Part shown: piece by piece, positions 7,582 through 17,341 of the stretch
How the letters are laid out: each line of letters starts with the position of its first letter
Position numbering within the stretch: the first letter of the stretch is position 1
Source of the DNA: Acidimicrobiia bacterium
Lineage (GTDB): Bacteria; Actinomycetota; Acidimicrobiia; Spongiisociales; Spongiisociaceae
Assembly: GCA_041576165.1 (NCBI GenBank)
Contig: JBFGLM010000069.1
Coordinates: 1-21,705 of the forward strand
Direction of reading: 5' to 3'
DNA length: 21,705 nt
Made by a program: the position numbers and the translations under genes
Notes under the pieces: generated by a model
Database searches by the model: none
Seen by the model: the letters and a program-made list of their open reading frames with translations, nothing else
What the model was told of the DNA's origin: nothing

Positions 7582-8562
7582 TCACGCGAAGGCCGGGATG
7601 ACTTCCCGTGCGAACAGTTCGAGGCCGCCGCGATCGTGGGCAAGGTCGGGGAAGTTGACGATGGCGTACGCCATGCCTGCCTCCGCCCAGGGGCGCAACC
7701 TCTCTATGAGTTGATCGGGAGTTCCCGCCATCGACCCGTACATGCGCATGCTGCGTTCCAGAGCTTCGCCGTCGATGTAGCGGCTGTAGTGCGCGCGGAT
7801 GGCATCGACGTGCTCGGCGGCGCCGGCCTCGGTCTCCGAGCACACGATGGTGAAGTTGGAGCTGCGGGTAATTGAATCGAAGTCCCGGCCCACTGCCCCG
7901 CAGTGGGCGGCAAGGACCTCGGATTTGTGGCGGAACTCGTCGAGCGACATTGCAAAGTTCGTGTAGTCGGCGAACTTGGCCGCCACCCGCAGAGTCAGCT
8001 GTTCGCCTCCCCCGGCCACCCAGATCGGTGTGTGGGGTTGCTGGACAGGCTTGGGCTGGCAGATGGCACCTTTGAGTGAGTAGTACTTACCCTCGAACGT
8101 CACCTCATCCTCGGTCCACATCCGCTGCATGATCTGGACTGCCTCTCCGAGGCGCCCGATCCGAACGGAGGGTTTGGCGAACTCGTAGCCGTACCCGACG
8201 TATTCATGCTCGTACCAGCCGGCCCCGATCCCCATCTCGAGCCGACCACCGGAGATGACATCAATTGACGCAGCCACCTTGGCGAGATAGGAGGGCGGCC
8301 GGTACGAGTTACAGGTACACATCTGTCCGAGACGAACTGTCTCGGTGGTTGCGGCCAGCGCCGCCATCAGGGTCCATGCCTCATACGTCACCTCTTGGGT
8401 CGGCGTGGGCACGGTGTGGAAATGATCGAACACCCACAACGATTCGAAACCGGACGACTCGATCGTACGGGCAACCTCGAGCATCCTCGGCCAATGCTGG
8501 GCCTGCTCGATTCCCACTAGGTCGAGCCGCCAGCCCTGCGGTACGAATGCGCCAAACCTCAT
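7582..8562 (-). CDS. LLM-class, probably F420-dependent, oxidoreductase
   Basis: SLWVFDHF, EAWTLMAALAATT, GRLEMGIGAGW, PIWVAGGGE luciferase-like motifs. Confidence 0.93.
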   Translation of the reverse strand: MRFGAFVPQGWRLDLVGIEQAQHWPRMLEVARTIESSGFESLWVFDHFHTVPTPTQEVTYEAWTLMAALAATTETVRLGQMCTCNSYRPPSYLAKVAASIDVISGGRLEMGIGAGWYEHEYVGYGYEFAKPSVRIGRLGEAVQIMQRMWTEDEVTFEGKYYSLKGAICQPKPVQQPHTPIWVAGGGEQLTLRVAAKFADYTNFAMSLDEFRHKSEVLAAHCGAVGRDFDSITRSSNFTIVCSETEAGAAEHVDAIRAHYSRYIDGEALERSMRMYGSMAGTPDQLIERLRPWAEAGMAYAIVNFPDLAHDRGGLELFAREVIPAFA

Positions 8563-8568
8563 GCCGGG

Positions 8569-8574
8569 ACCCTA
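8569..8574 (-). promoter_or_regulatory. -10 hexamer of a probable leaderless promoter
   Basis: TAGGGT (TANNNT) 6 nt before the ATG at 8562, no Shine-Dalgarno. Confidence 0.55.
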
Positions 8575-8733
8575 GCTTCTGGGCAGGGCCCGCCCGCCCT
8601 CTAGTGGCAGCTTCTGGCGGCTCGACTCCTCGAGGGCGACCCCGCCGGCTGCACGATCGCCATCTGGAGCGGCCGGTGAATGGCGTCGGGCGCTCCGGCC
8701 GGGATTGGCGGAAACCTCGTGCCCAAGAACCTG

Positions 8734-8923
8734 CCGGGTGGCGGCGAGCTCGAAGGCGTCCCAGGCCAGGTTCTCGGCGGCGGGTGGGCCGGCGAGGGAG
8801 GCAGGCAGATACCGGGAGTGATCATCCAACAGGTTGACCGCCAAGCTTTCGGTGTCGTCGACCAACAGGATGCGGGTGGCGTCGATCTGCCACAAGTCCG
8901 TTCGAGATCTCTCGCACGAACCG
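8734..8923 (-). pseudogene. IS481-like DDE transposase/integrase-core fragment
   Basis: RFVREISN / frameshift / DLWQIDAT..LLDDHSRY; matches the PN.LWQ.D..DDHSR pattern. Remainder of the catalytic core and element ends not seen. Confidence 0.75.
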
Positions 8924-9031
8924 CTGATCAGCCCTCAGTCGGCGCCGAGAAGCTCTTTTGTTGGATGAGACGATGAGGGAGCTGCGTTCGTAGCGGGACA
9001 AACAGGAGTTCGCGCACGTGCGCGGACACCG

Positions 9032-9151
9032 GTGGTCCTGAAGGGTCTACTTGACGCCGTTCCCGCCGAGTAGGAGCGAGCAGCAGCTGTGGATGGGGCA
9101 ACGACCATGCAGACCTTCTGCATAGTCGTCCTGCCGGTGTCGACTGCCGCC
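9032..9151 (+). pseudogene. Carbohydrate ABC permease fragment (EAA loop)
   Basis: VVLKGLLDAVPAE*ERAAAVDGATTMQTFCIVVLPVS with in-frame TAG at 9071; EAA-xx-DGA..F..VVLP pattern of MalG-type permeases. Confidence 0.75.
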
Positions 9152-9185
9152 CGGCGAATAGTCCGTCGACCCTGGTAGTAAAAAC

Positions 9186-9812
9186 CTATTTGGGAGATTC
9201 CGCCAGCTCTTTGGCCGTCTTCACGGCCGCCCGCATGACGACTCCGACGAATATCTCCACCAGCCACCAGTAGCGGCGGAACTTGTTCCGCGAGTTCTCG
9301 TCGGTTCCGGCCGTGCGCGCTTCATAACTCAGCAACGTGCGACTCTCGCCATAGCTACGCGTTGAGAATCCGACGGCGATCTTCGCAAAGCCGGGCTCGT
9401 TGAAGGAGGCGAAACTCTTGGGCGGCACTCGTTTCCACTCGATCTCCGGTTGCCACACCTTGCCGACTGCTCCGAACACGATTTCGTGGGGCTCTTCCTC
9501 GCCAAGCGGAACCCACCCTTGGAGGATGTCTGGATCCGGTTCACCGTCGAAGAAGTCGGTGAGCCGCATCACCGGTGGCGGTGGTGGCGGTTGTTCCCGC
9601 CGGATCAGCCGTCCGATCCGTTCGGGAACCGCCCGGACGAACATGGCTGCGTCCATCAGCGGCGAGTGAATGCTCAGAAAGTCCATGTCTCTAACCGCCC
9701 GGTAGGCGGTCTCTACGGGTGCATCGATCACGATGTGCTCGCTGAGGGTCTCATCGAAGTTGGAGAGGAAGCCGTCGATCAGCATGACTCGAGTGCGGCC
9801 TTCGGTGGTCAT
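9186..9812 (-). CDS. Conserved hypothetical protein (DUF2867-like)
   Basis: GAAAGGGG RBS; EIVFGAVGKVWQP, F.EPGFAKIA, LSYEART..FRRYW patterns. Confidence 0.8.
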   Translation of the reverse strand: MTTEGRTRVMLIDGFLSNFDETLSEHIVIDAPVETAYRAVRDMDFLSIHSPLMDAAMFVRAVPERIGRLIRREQPPPPPPVMRLTDFFDGEPDPDILQGWVPLGEEEPHEIVFGAVGKVWQPEIEWKRVPPKSFASFNEPGFAKIAVGFSTRSYGESRTLLSYEARTAGTDENSRNKFRRYWWLVEIFVGVVMRAAVKTAKELAESPK

Positions 9813-10428
9813 GGCGTACCCCTTTCACGACCGCAACGACCGGACGGTTCACATTCTCATCATGCCCCAATCCCACCGGGTTGTGACCCTCAATCGGAGG
9901 CCGACCACAGGGCCTGTCGCGCCGCCGGCCAGGCTGGCGTAGCCGACCGTGTCGACCGCACCGCCAGTCAGCGCCCGAACGATCGAGAACACCCCACCGG
10001 TGGTGAGAGCCGGGCGGACGGCGGCGCCTCGGGAGAAGAGGAGACGGAGCGTTGTCGAAGCAACAACGTTCGGAGAAGGCAGGACTCCACGGAGCTCGCA
10101 GGGGGCTTGGCGAGGGACCCCTCAGGGCGGCGCTGGACGGACCGGCGGCGTGCCTCGAGGGCGGCGTCCGCCAAGGCCGGTCCGTCCGGGCCGTAGACCC
10201 TTCGGATCGCCAGGTCACCGTCGGGCGCGTCGGTCAGGATGTGGCGGGCGTTGCCAGATCCGCCCAGTGCCGGTAGGCGGGCTTCAGCTCCTCCGGCGGC
10301 CGGCCCGCGCCACCGAGGAGCTCCACCTCGTCGCCGTCTGCGCCGACGAGAACATGCGGATGGCTTTGTGATCGAGAGCGGAGCGGTGGGAGGTCAGCGT
10401 GCCTGGTCGCGTGTCCGGCTGTCTCAAC

Positions 10429-11211
10429 TCATCCCTGGGGCTTCCCACTGGGAACGAGCGCTTGATCGGCAGCCGAGCTCTGGGTGAAAGTTTCCGCGCC
10501 CGTGACGTGTGGCGCCAACCTGTCTAACGCCGCCCGGTCGAAGCCTTTGAAGATGAACCAAAGAGCCAGGACCATTTCCTGAACGGCAAGCGGAGCAATC
10601 AACGTTACGGCGAGGGCACCCGAGACCTCAAGGAACAGCACCACAATCGCCAAGCCGCCGAGGACCGCAGCTGAGACCATGCCCCAGCCAGAAATCCACT
10701 GTGGCACCAGTCGAGATTTCCACAGCATCCAGTTCAACATCAGCATCCCGATCACGAAGACAATGTTGTAGAGGGGGCCGGTTGTGCCCGACCAAGCCTC
10801 GCCACTCATCAGCGTGCGTACGAGCAGGTCGATCTGATCGGTGTTCGCTGTCGGCGCCGCCACAAACTCGCGGGAAATGGCCAGCACCAGAAGCCGATCG
10901 ATCTCGATTTGAAAGAAGATTGCGGCTTCGAGCAGGCGGAACGCCACGTACCCAATGGCCAGCGCGGCGCTAACGCCCCGCAAGACCGGGTACAGCACAA
11001 CTGCGATAAGGGGAATCGCCAGCACGCAGGCGAATTCGATGAGAATGCCCAATGTGATGTCGCTCTTCGCACCTGCTGCCACGGTGAGCACATCGGGGTC
11101 GGTCAGGGCCGGCTTGTAAAGGGCTTCCCCGACAAACAGGAACGCGGTAGCAATGATGAAGAAGATGCCGGCCCAGATGGCGTGGTTTCGGTAACTCGGC
11201 GTTGTTTCCAT
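10429..11211 (-). CDS. DUF4386-family multi-pass membrane protein
   Basis: About 6-7 TM helices; IAVVLYPVL, GYVAFRLLEA, SRLVPQWISGWG, QEMVLALWFIFKGF; AAGGA RBS. Confidence 0.87.
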   Translation of the reverse strand: METTPSYRNHAIWAGIFFIIATAFLFVGEALYKPALTDPDVLTVAAGAKSDITLGILIEFACVLAIPLIAVVLYPVLRGVSAALAIGYVAFRLLEAAIFFQIEIDRLLVLAISREFVAAPTANTDQIDLLVRTLMSGEAWSGTTGPLYNIVFVIGMLMLNWMLWKSRLVPQWISGWGMVSAAVLGGLAIVVLFLEVSGALAVTLIAPLAVQEMVLALWFIFKGFDRAALDRLAPHVTGAETFTQSSAADQALVPSGKPQG

Positions 11212-12074
11212 GACGTCCTTGCCTTTCCCTGCGGGCTGCGGAAGGCGCGGACGACGGAAAACTGCAGGGCGTCCTGGCCCTCCGTGGTCTGCTTCTGACG
11301 CTACTGCGATGGAACCCGCCGCCCTAGAGGCCTAACGTCCCGATGGACGCGACACGCGGAACAGCCCGGCAACGCCACTACCGAACAAGCGGCCTAGCCC
11401 CGCCGAAGGCCGGGATTGGCCGTCAAGCGCCCGCACCGTGGCCGATCAAGCCGCACGTTGGCCACTGTGGGGACTCGTTCAGACATCGAATGGGAACCGG
11501 TTTCCGGCACGATTTGCTTGCACTTCCGCGTACCGGCTCGGCCGACCGCGACGATGCGGTCAGCAAGGGCCCCGGCATCCAGACTCACGGGCGTAGATCC
11601 CGGGCAGCAACGCTCCCGCGACGACCGTGCTGCCGAGCGGCGCCCGACATCGACGGCGACAAGCACTTCGCCGGCCGCGGACAGCGCGTTGAAGCGGCAT
11701 GCACACTCCACGCATCGTCGCTGGGCCGTCGCGCGGGAAGAGCACAACACCGGCAAGCAGGCGCTGCCACGACACCGTTCGTCCCGGTCGTTGAACTGGA
11801 CGGTAGCCCCCTAGTCCGGAACGCCGGTCCACGACCACGCCAAGATGAAAGGCCCGTCGCAGTTCACACCGCCCGTAGTCGGCCCGGTATCGCCGTCGAA
11901 GGCGATCAGTTCGAGAAGGGGGAGCGACGACCACACATCGACAAACGGGAGGGGCCGATGAGGATCCCATCGAGCCCTCGACGTTCCCCAGCCACACATT
12001 TGCGGCTGCGCTTAGAGCTATTCGAGATCACGAGTGGCGCGATCATCCTCACGTGACCCGTCGCCTCGACGCAG

Positions 12075-12100
12075 GTGGGGGCACCTGCCGGTGCCCCCAC
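12075..12100 (-). terminator. GC-rich hairpin downstream of the fasciclin gene
   Basis: GTGGGGGCACC-TGCC-GGTGCCCCCAC, about 30 nt after the stop at 12130; no U-tract. Confidence 0.6.
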
Positions 12101-12129
12101 GGAATGTAGGTCACGAAACCGCAGTTCGA

Positions 12130-12735
12130 TCAGTCGTCGTCGTCATCGTCGTCGTCGTCGTCGTCGTCATCGTCATCATCATCATCGAACTGATCGGGGA
12201 GGAGGACGCCGTCGATGGCGTATATCCGTCCATTGCTCGCCTCGACCGGTCCGGCCACGATGTCGACTTCCTGGTCGGTGGCGTCTTCCAGCTCACCGTC
12301 CTCGACCTCGAGCTCATCGCCGTTCAGCATCTCGAGCTCCTCATCATCGACCTGACTCGTCGACACGTGATATGTGAGCACGTCGACCAGGCCCGCACAA
12401 ACGTCGCCATATACACTCTCCAGGGCGCCCGCAATGACGCCGAGCGCCTCGCCTTCACCGGCACCACCGGCAAGCGCCTGGAAGGCGGCGTCGGTGGGGG
12501 CATACACGGTGAAGTCGCCGTCGGCGGACAGAGCGGCGATCAGGTCCGTGCCGCAGGCGGTGCCCGCCAGCCCCAACGCGTCGATCAACAGATCGAAATC
12601 ACCGGTATCCGCGTTGAGCGCAACCGCCTCATCGACAATCGTGCCCGGTGAACGCATGTCTTCGGCTATCGCCGTTGACGCCATCAGGCCCATCAGGACC
12701 ATGACCATGATCAGAGCAGTCGCAACTCGGCGCAT
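12130..12735 (-). CDS. Secreted fasciclin (FAS1) protein with 18-Asp C-terminal tail
   Basis: ATG 12735 after GAGGAGG; signal peptide; FTVYAPTDAAF, VLTYHV, ASNGRIYAIDGVLLP. The longer ORF-track call includes unrelated pseudogene sequence. Confidence 0.92.
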   Translation of the reverse strand: MRRVATALIMVMVLMGLMASTAIAEDMRSPGTIVDEAVALNADTGDFDLLIDALGLAGTACGTDLIAALSADGDFTVYAPTDAAFQALAGGAGEGEALGVIAGALESVYGDVCAGLVDVLTYHVSTSQVDDEELEMLNGDELEVEDGELEDATDQEVDIVAGPVEASNGRIYAIDGVLLPDQFDDDDDDDDDDDDDDDDDD

Positions 12736-12810
12736 GTTGATCCCTCCTCGTGTCGTCGTGGAAAGTATCCGGAGCGCGAGGCTGGGGTGGATGACGTCCG
12801 GCCCTGCGCC

Positions 12811-13334
12811 GTCGCCCGCAAGGCCGTCGGGATAACCCTGGCCGTCCCATCGCTCGTACGCGTGCGCAAGCGCGTCGCACACCGCTGACTGCATGTCCAT
12901 GCGGGTGGCGAGCTGGGCCGCGACTTCGCAGTGCGACGTGAAGCTACGGCGCTTGCCGTCGGGATCGGTCAACGCGGCGGCGATGCGGCCGAGGCGGCGG
13001 GGGGCGGCAGGTCCGCTCCGAGCTGGCGGAGGAGGAACGACATACCCTCACCTTTCGGGGCGTTGAGGGCCCGGGCCATCGTGGCGTTGAAGCGCAGCTC
13101 GTTGCCCCCGGCGAGAAGCGACGTGTCGGCTGCGTCGGAGGTGCAACCGAGGAAACGCAGCAGCGCAACGTAGTAGATCGTCGAACGTTCGGCGGGGTCG
13201 ACGCCCAGGCCATCAGCAGTGGCGAGAGCCAGCCAGCAGGTGCGCAGCCCGTGCTCCATCGGCTGGCCGGTACCGAGGTCGGTGGCCAGCGACAGCGCCA
13301 CCGTGAGCTCAGCCAGCCGACTCGTCGGCACCAC
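12811..13334 (-). pseudogene. HD-GYP-like phosphohydrolase/regulator, frameshifted and truncated
   Basis: RLAEL..ALSLATDLG.GQP.EH..R; frameshift at the C-run near 13000; continues HCEVAAQLA..HAYERWDGQGYPDGLAGD, then similarity ends. Confidence 0.85.
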
Positions 13335-13504
13335 CGGTCACCCCCAACGGCACCCGTGACGCAGACTTTCTGATCGGGAAGGTAGTCGCGTCTGCGGCCT
13401 GCGCCCAGTTCCGATCATCAACAAAATATGAGGGGAGCAACGAGTCAGAGCTCCGGTCGCCGGTGGTCCAGAAAGTCCAGGTCTCAGACAGCGCCTTCGG
13501 CCGG

Positions 13505-14608
13505 TCAGGTCGCCACTTCGGCCTCAGTCCACCAACGACGGACCCGACACGTCTCATCGATTCTGAAATACACATCTGCGTCGAGCATCGCCTCTTTGAG
13601 TTGACGGTGCGCCGCATCGACGCCATCGACGTAGCCCTGGCACCATGCCTCGCCGTTGGTGCGCACGCCGATGTTGTTCGGGTAGGCCACGTCCCCACAT
13701 TCCGGAACAACCGCGCCGCCGTAGCGAAGCGCCATCAACGCCATGAACGAACCCGCAGTGAAGCCCTCGCAGTAAATCTCGATCGCGATGGTCTCCGAGC
13801 TGACCGGCTCCTCCTCGATCGCATTGGCAAAGGACCTGGTTATTCCGAGATCGGCACCGACGGGGTCTACCGCAACTTCCAGCGGTTCTTCGGCTGTCAC
13901 GACGAAGGTCGTGCTCCCAGGCCGGGTGGTGGAGGTAGCGGAGGTGGTCGCAGCACCGGCGTCGGCCGGGTCGTCTGAGCGGAAGACTCCTGACGCCACA
14001 ACGAGCGCCGCGATGACGACCAGTGCGACGGCAGCCACCGCCCATCTCGCGCGCAGCCGCAGTTGCGCACCGTTGACTGGAGGGGCGCTCAGAGAACGTT
14101 GCGGCGTCAGCGACCCTGGCAGGAGAGGCTCGATCGAGTTGATCAGCCGGCCGACATCGTTGGAGAAGTCGGGGTCGGGCCGTACAGGCAATCCGTTCCG
14201 TTCCAACAACGCGTGCAGAGGTTCCGGAAGCTCTTGCTTGCGGGGCATCCGGGCGCCTGCCAGGAGAACAGGGATCACAAGCGGCGCCCGCGCAAGGGCG
14301 GTCTCGACCTCGATGCGGACAAGGTCATCCGGGTCATCAATCCGCCGGCGGCCGAAACTGTCGGTTTCACTCAGCCAGCGTGGGCCTATCGCCACGAGAA
14401 CCGCGGCGCTCTTGTCCAGCGCCCGGTCGAGGTGATCGCGGAAATCGGTACCCAGCGGGATGTCGTCAACGTCACGAAACACGATGCCTGATCCGAAGTG
14501 TGCCTCTAGCCGGTCGTGGAGTCGCCCGACCGCGTCGGCAGCGTCGCGACGCCGATAGGAAATGAAGATGCGCGTTTCGGCCGAGCCCGAAGCTCCATCC
14601 CTGCGCAT
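13505..14608 (-). CDS. TIR-domain single-pass membrane protein with Cys-containing C-terminal domain
   Basis: ATG 14608 after GGAGGAG; IFISYRRRD, VFRDVDDIPLG.DF, DLVRIEVETAL, IPVLL; TM WAVAAVALVVIAALVVASGV; Thr/Ser linker. Confidence 0.9.
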   Translation of the reverse strand: MRRDGASGSAETRIFISYRRRDAADAVGRLHDRLEAHFGSGIVFRDVDDIPLGTDFRDHLDRALDKSAAVLVAIGPRWLSETDSFGRRRIDDPDDLVRIEVETALARAPLVIPVLLAGARMPRKQELPEPLHALLERNGLPVRPDPDFSNDVGRLINSIEPLLPGSLTPQRSLSAPPVNGAQLRLRARWAVAAVALVVIAALVVASGVFRSDDPADAGAATTSATSTTRPGSTTFVVTAEEPLEVAVDPVGADLGITRSFANAIEEEPVSSETIAIEIYCEGFTAGSFMALMALRYGGAVVPECGDVAYPNNIGVRTNGEAWCQGYVDGVDAAHRQLKEAMLDADVYFRIDETCRVRRWWTEAEVAT

Positions 14609-14995
14609 GATCTCCTCCACGCGATCGGGGCTCGGTGATCTGCCCGCCTCGGAGCTCTCCCGGTCAATCTCCACGATGCCGTCCCCCCGTGTACGGAGAC
14701 CGTGATACGGATCTGGAAAGCCGGACTGGATCCTATCAACCTGGTGGTTCGCAGCTGTCGCTCGCTCCCACCAGCACGCACCAACTCGTGTTCGCGGGAA
14801 ACGTTGGACTCGCTGTTGCCCTAAGGACTCACAAGATCGAGGTACTTACGTCAGTCGATGGCGACGACGTGGCACCTGGAACAGGATTTCACCGTCGATC
14901 CAGCCCTCAAACGTCGACGACGCTCGATCCGAACGAGTACCTTTGGATGCTGCCTTTCGAGCGAGTCGCTACCCATCGGAGAGGGAGGGGTTGTC

Positions 14996-16888
14996 ATGCA
15001 GGATGCTGCGTCTGCGATCAAGATCTTTGTTTCGTACGCCCACGAGGACGACGAGCAACGGCAAGGTCTCACCAGTCACCTTCGCCAGATCCCCAACGTG
15101 GCCGTTTGGGACGACCGCGCCATCCCGGCAGGCTCCGAATGGGACGACGACATCACGCAGCAACTCAAGTCCGCAGACATCATCCTGCTGTTGATAAGCA
15201 CGCATTTTCTTTCGTCTCAATACGTAAAGGACGTCGAGATCAAGGTGGCGCTCGAGCGACACGCCGCCGGCACCGCCGTCGTGATCCCGGTGCTCGTCAA
15301 GTCATGCATCTGGAGCCACAACCTCGGACATTTGCAGGCACTTCCTTCCGACGAGAACCTCCCCGAGGACAAGAACTGGCTGACTTCAGATGCTTGGTAC
15401 AGCCCGGATCAGGCCTACACCCACGTGGCCCGTGGCGTCATGCGAGAGGTAAACCGAATTCGAGATCTCACGGAGCAGCAGCGAGATCGGCAGCGGGAGG
15501 CGGAGGAGACGTATCGCAAAAAGGTGGCGAAGATGCTCGCCGACGAGACCATATCCGATATCGAACGCGACACCTTGGAAGAGCTCAGGGTCGAGCTCGA
15601 GCTGTCTGAGGAAGATGCCGACCGCATTGAAAAAGGCGAACTGCGTCCGATCGAGGAACGGCAAGCAAATCTCGTCCGATACGAGAAGACGTATAGACGC
15701 GAAGTTTTCCGGAGCTACCCGCTCAGTGATCAAGTGCAAGCGGACCTACGGAAGCGTCGAGAAGACCTGCTTCTGACAGACAGCGAAGTCGCGGCCCTCG
15801 AGCAGGGTGTGATCGAGGAGTGGCAGACGGCTGAGGCGGAGCGGATCGACTCTGAGCGAGAGGCGGAGGAGGCGGCCCAGCGACAGGCGGAGGAAGAGGC
15901 TGAACGCGAGGCCAAGGAAGAGGCCAAGCGCCGAGCACGCGAAGACTCCGAGAAAGCATCGCTGGCGGCGTGGGGAACCATGCTGGAGGACTTCCTCGTC
16001 AGCCAGCTCGACAGCGACGACGACATCTTTCGGCTGCGGAATGACATCCCGGACGGTGCGCTCACCGCGGCGATCGAGGCCTATTCGGTTCCACGGGATG
16101 AAACAGTGGTCGGCATGCTTGGCGACTTTGATGAAGAGCCTGAGCAATTCGGCATCCTGTTCGGGCTTCGCAGCGTATATTTCAACAATCCGTTCGGACA
16201 GTCGCCGGGCGCTCACGCGGTTGAGTATTCGGCGTTTCCGTCGCTCGACCTTGGCATCTACGAGGAAACACAGGTTCACGTCGGCGGCGACGTATATCTC
16301 ACGACCCCGGCACCCGATCTCGTGGCTTGGCTGTTCGCGGGTCTGGGTGACCTGTTGGCTCATCGCAACCAGGCGCTCGAGGCCCGCGCGGAACCCCTGC
16401 GTCCCGAGGAAGCAGATGACTTCGCCCAACAGGTCATCAATGGTTGGCGTTTGCACCACGAGGAACTACAACGTCAGCAGCTCGACTGGGCTGACCAGCT
16501 GGTTGGCTTCCTCAAAGAGCATGGCGATGTACCAGGCCTGTACGTCGCTCCCGACATATCGGACCGCAAGCTGTCCAACGCGGTTGCGCGGTATGAGATA
16601 CCCGAGGGTGAGGCCATACTCGGACTGATCGACGAGACCGTCGCCGGCTCAGCCAAGAATGGTCTTGTCTTCGGGGTGGGAGGTCTGTACTTCCACAACC
16701 AATGGGGATCAGTGTCACCGGGGGCAAACCGCATCCCCTACAGCGATCTAGGTTCGGGGCGAGTCGAACAGACCGATAAATACGAGGTGCAGCTCGGCCC
16801 TGGTCCCTCCTACAACACCTTGAATGCCGAACCAGTTTCAGAGTTGCTTACGGATCTGCAGGCACTGTTGGCCGATCGGGCGGGCTGA
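14996..16888 (+). CDS. TIR-domain protein with helical linker, coiled coil and two C-terminal repeat domains
   Basis: ATG 14996 after GAGGGAGG; IFVSYAHED, WDDRAIPAGSEW, ADIILLLISTHFLSSQY..EIKVAL, VIPVL; E/R/A-rich coil; duplicated ~130-aa domain. Confidence 0.92.
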   Translation: MQDAASAIKIFVSYAHEDDEQRQGLTSHLRQIPNVAVWDDRAIPAGSEWDDDITQQLKSADIILLLISTHFLSSQYVKDVEIKVALERHAAGTAVVIPVLVKSCIWSHNLGHLQALPSDENLPEDKNWLTSDAWYSPDQAYTHVARGVMREVNRIRDLTEQQRDRQREAEETYRKKVAKMLADETISDIERDTLEELRVELELSEEDADRIEKGELRPIEERQANLVRYEKTYRREVFRSYPLSDQVQADLRKRREDLLLTDSEVAALEQGVIEEWQTAEAERIDSEREAEEAAQRQAEEEAEREAKEEAKRRAREDSEKASLAAWGTMLEDFLVSQLDSDDDIFRLRNDIPDGALTAAIEAYSVPRDETVVGMLGDFDEEPEQFGILFGLRSVYFNNPFGQSPGAHAVEYSAFPSLDLGIYEETQVHVGGDVYLTTPAPDLVAWLFAGLGDLLAHRNQALEARAEPLRPEEADDFAQQVINGWRLHHEELQRQQLDWADQLVGFLKEHGDVPGLYVAPDISDRKLSNAVARYEIPEGEAILGLIDETVAGSAKNGLVFGVGGLYFHNQWGSVSPGANRIPYSDLGSGRVEQTDKYEVQLGPGPSYNTLNAEPVSELLTDLQALLADRAG

Positions 16889-17155
16889 TCACTGGCCGCT
16901 GACTCCAGACAGCCGCCAAGTGGCCGGTGTCTCGCTCTAGATCAACCCCCTCTTCCAGGCCGGAGAGTTCGCACTTGGATCAGATTGATCGACTGACACG
17001 CAACCACCCGACGCCCAGAGCCACGTCACCCTTCTCGAATCGCGCCGATCGATGAGCTCGTGCCGAGTTCTTTTTGAGCAAAAACGAAGTCCCCACAGCG
17101 ACCTTTGCGTTGGCTAGCTTGAGGTTCATTCTCGATGCTCGATGGGAGGGCGCCA

Positions 17156-17341
17156 GTGCTTCTCAATGCGATCTACCGCTATATCCGGTACCGGTTAGGT
17201 GATCCGCTCCGGGATCTCCACGTACCAAAACGACATCGGTTGGACGTCGACGAGGACGACTGGGCCGGCACGCCACTCGAGGCATCCGACACCGAGCATC
17301 TCGAGCCGGGCGAGGTCGTGGCAGCAAAGGACTTGATCTGA
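17156..17341 (+). CDS. Small hypothetical protein with basic N-terminus and acidic C-terminus
   Basis: GGGAGG RBS 6 nt before GTG 17156 (alternative ATG 17135); TGA overlaps the ATG of the next gene. Confidence 0.55.
   Translation: MLLNAIYRYIRYRLGDPLRDLHVPKRHRLDVDEDDWAGTPLEASDTEHLEPGEVVAAKDLI

Noticed and set aside
9830-10420. Possible gene remnant on the minus strand
   Set aside because: Some protein-like stretches across frames, but no family could be assigned.
11340-12060. ORFs of 120-237 aa between DUF4386 and fasciclin
   Set aside because: Atypical composition and no motifs; probably decayed or non-coding.
12130-12972. HD-GYP-fasciclin fusion protein (280-aa ORF)
   Set aside because: The fasciclin has its own RBS, ATG and signal peptide at 12735; the upstream part belongs to the broken HD-GYP gene.
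13505-16888. Thoeris, CBASS or Pycsar assignment for the TIR genes
   Set aside because: No SIR2/Macro/SLOG effector or nucleotide cyclase is visible nearby.
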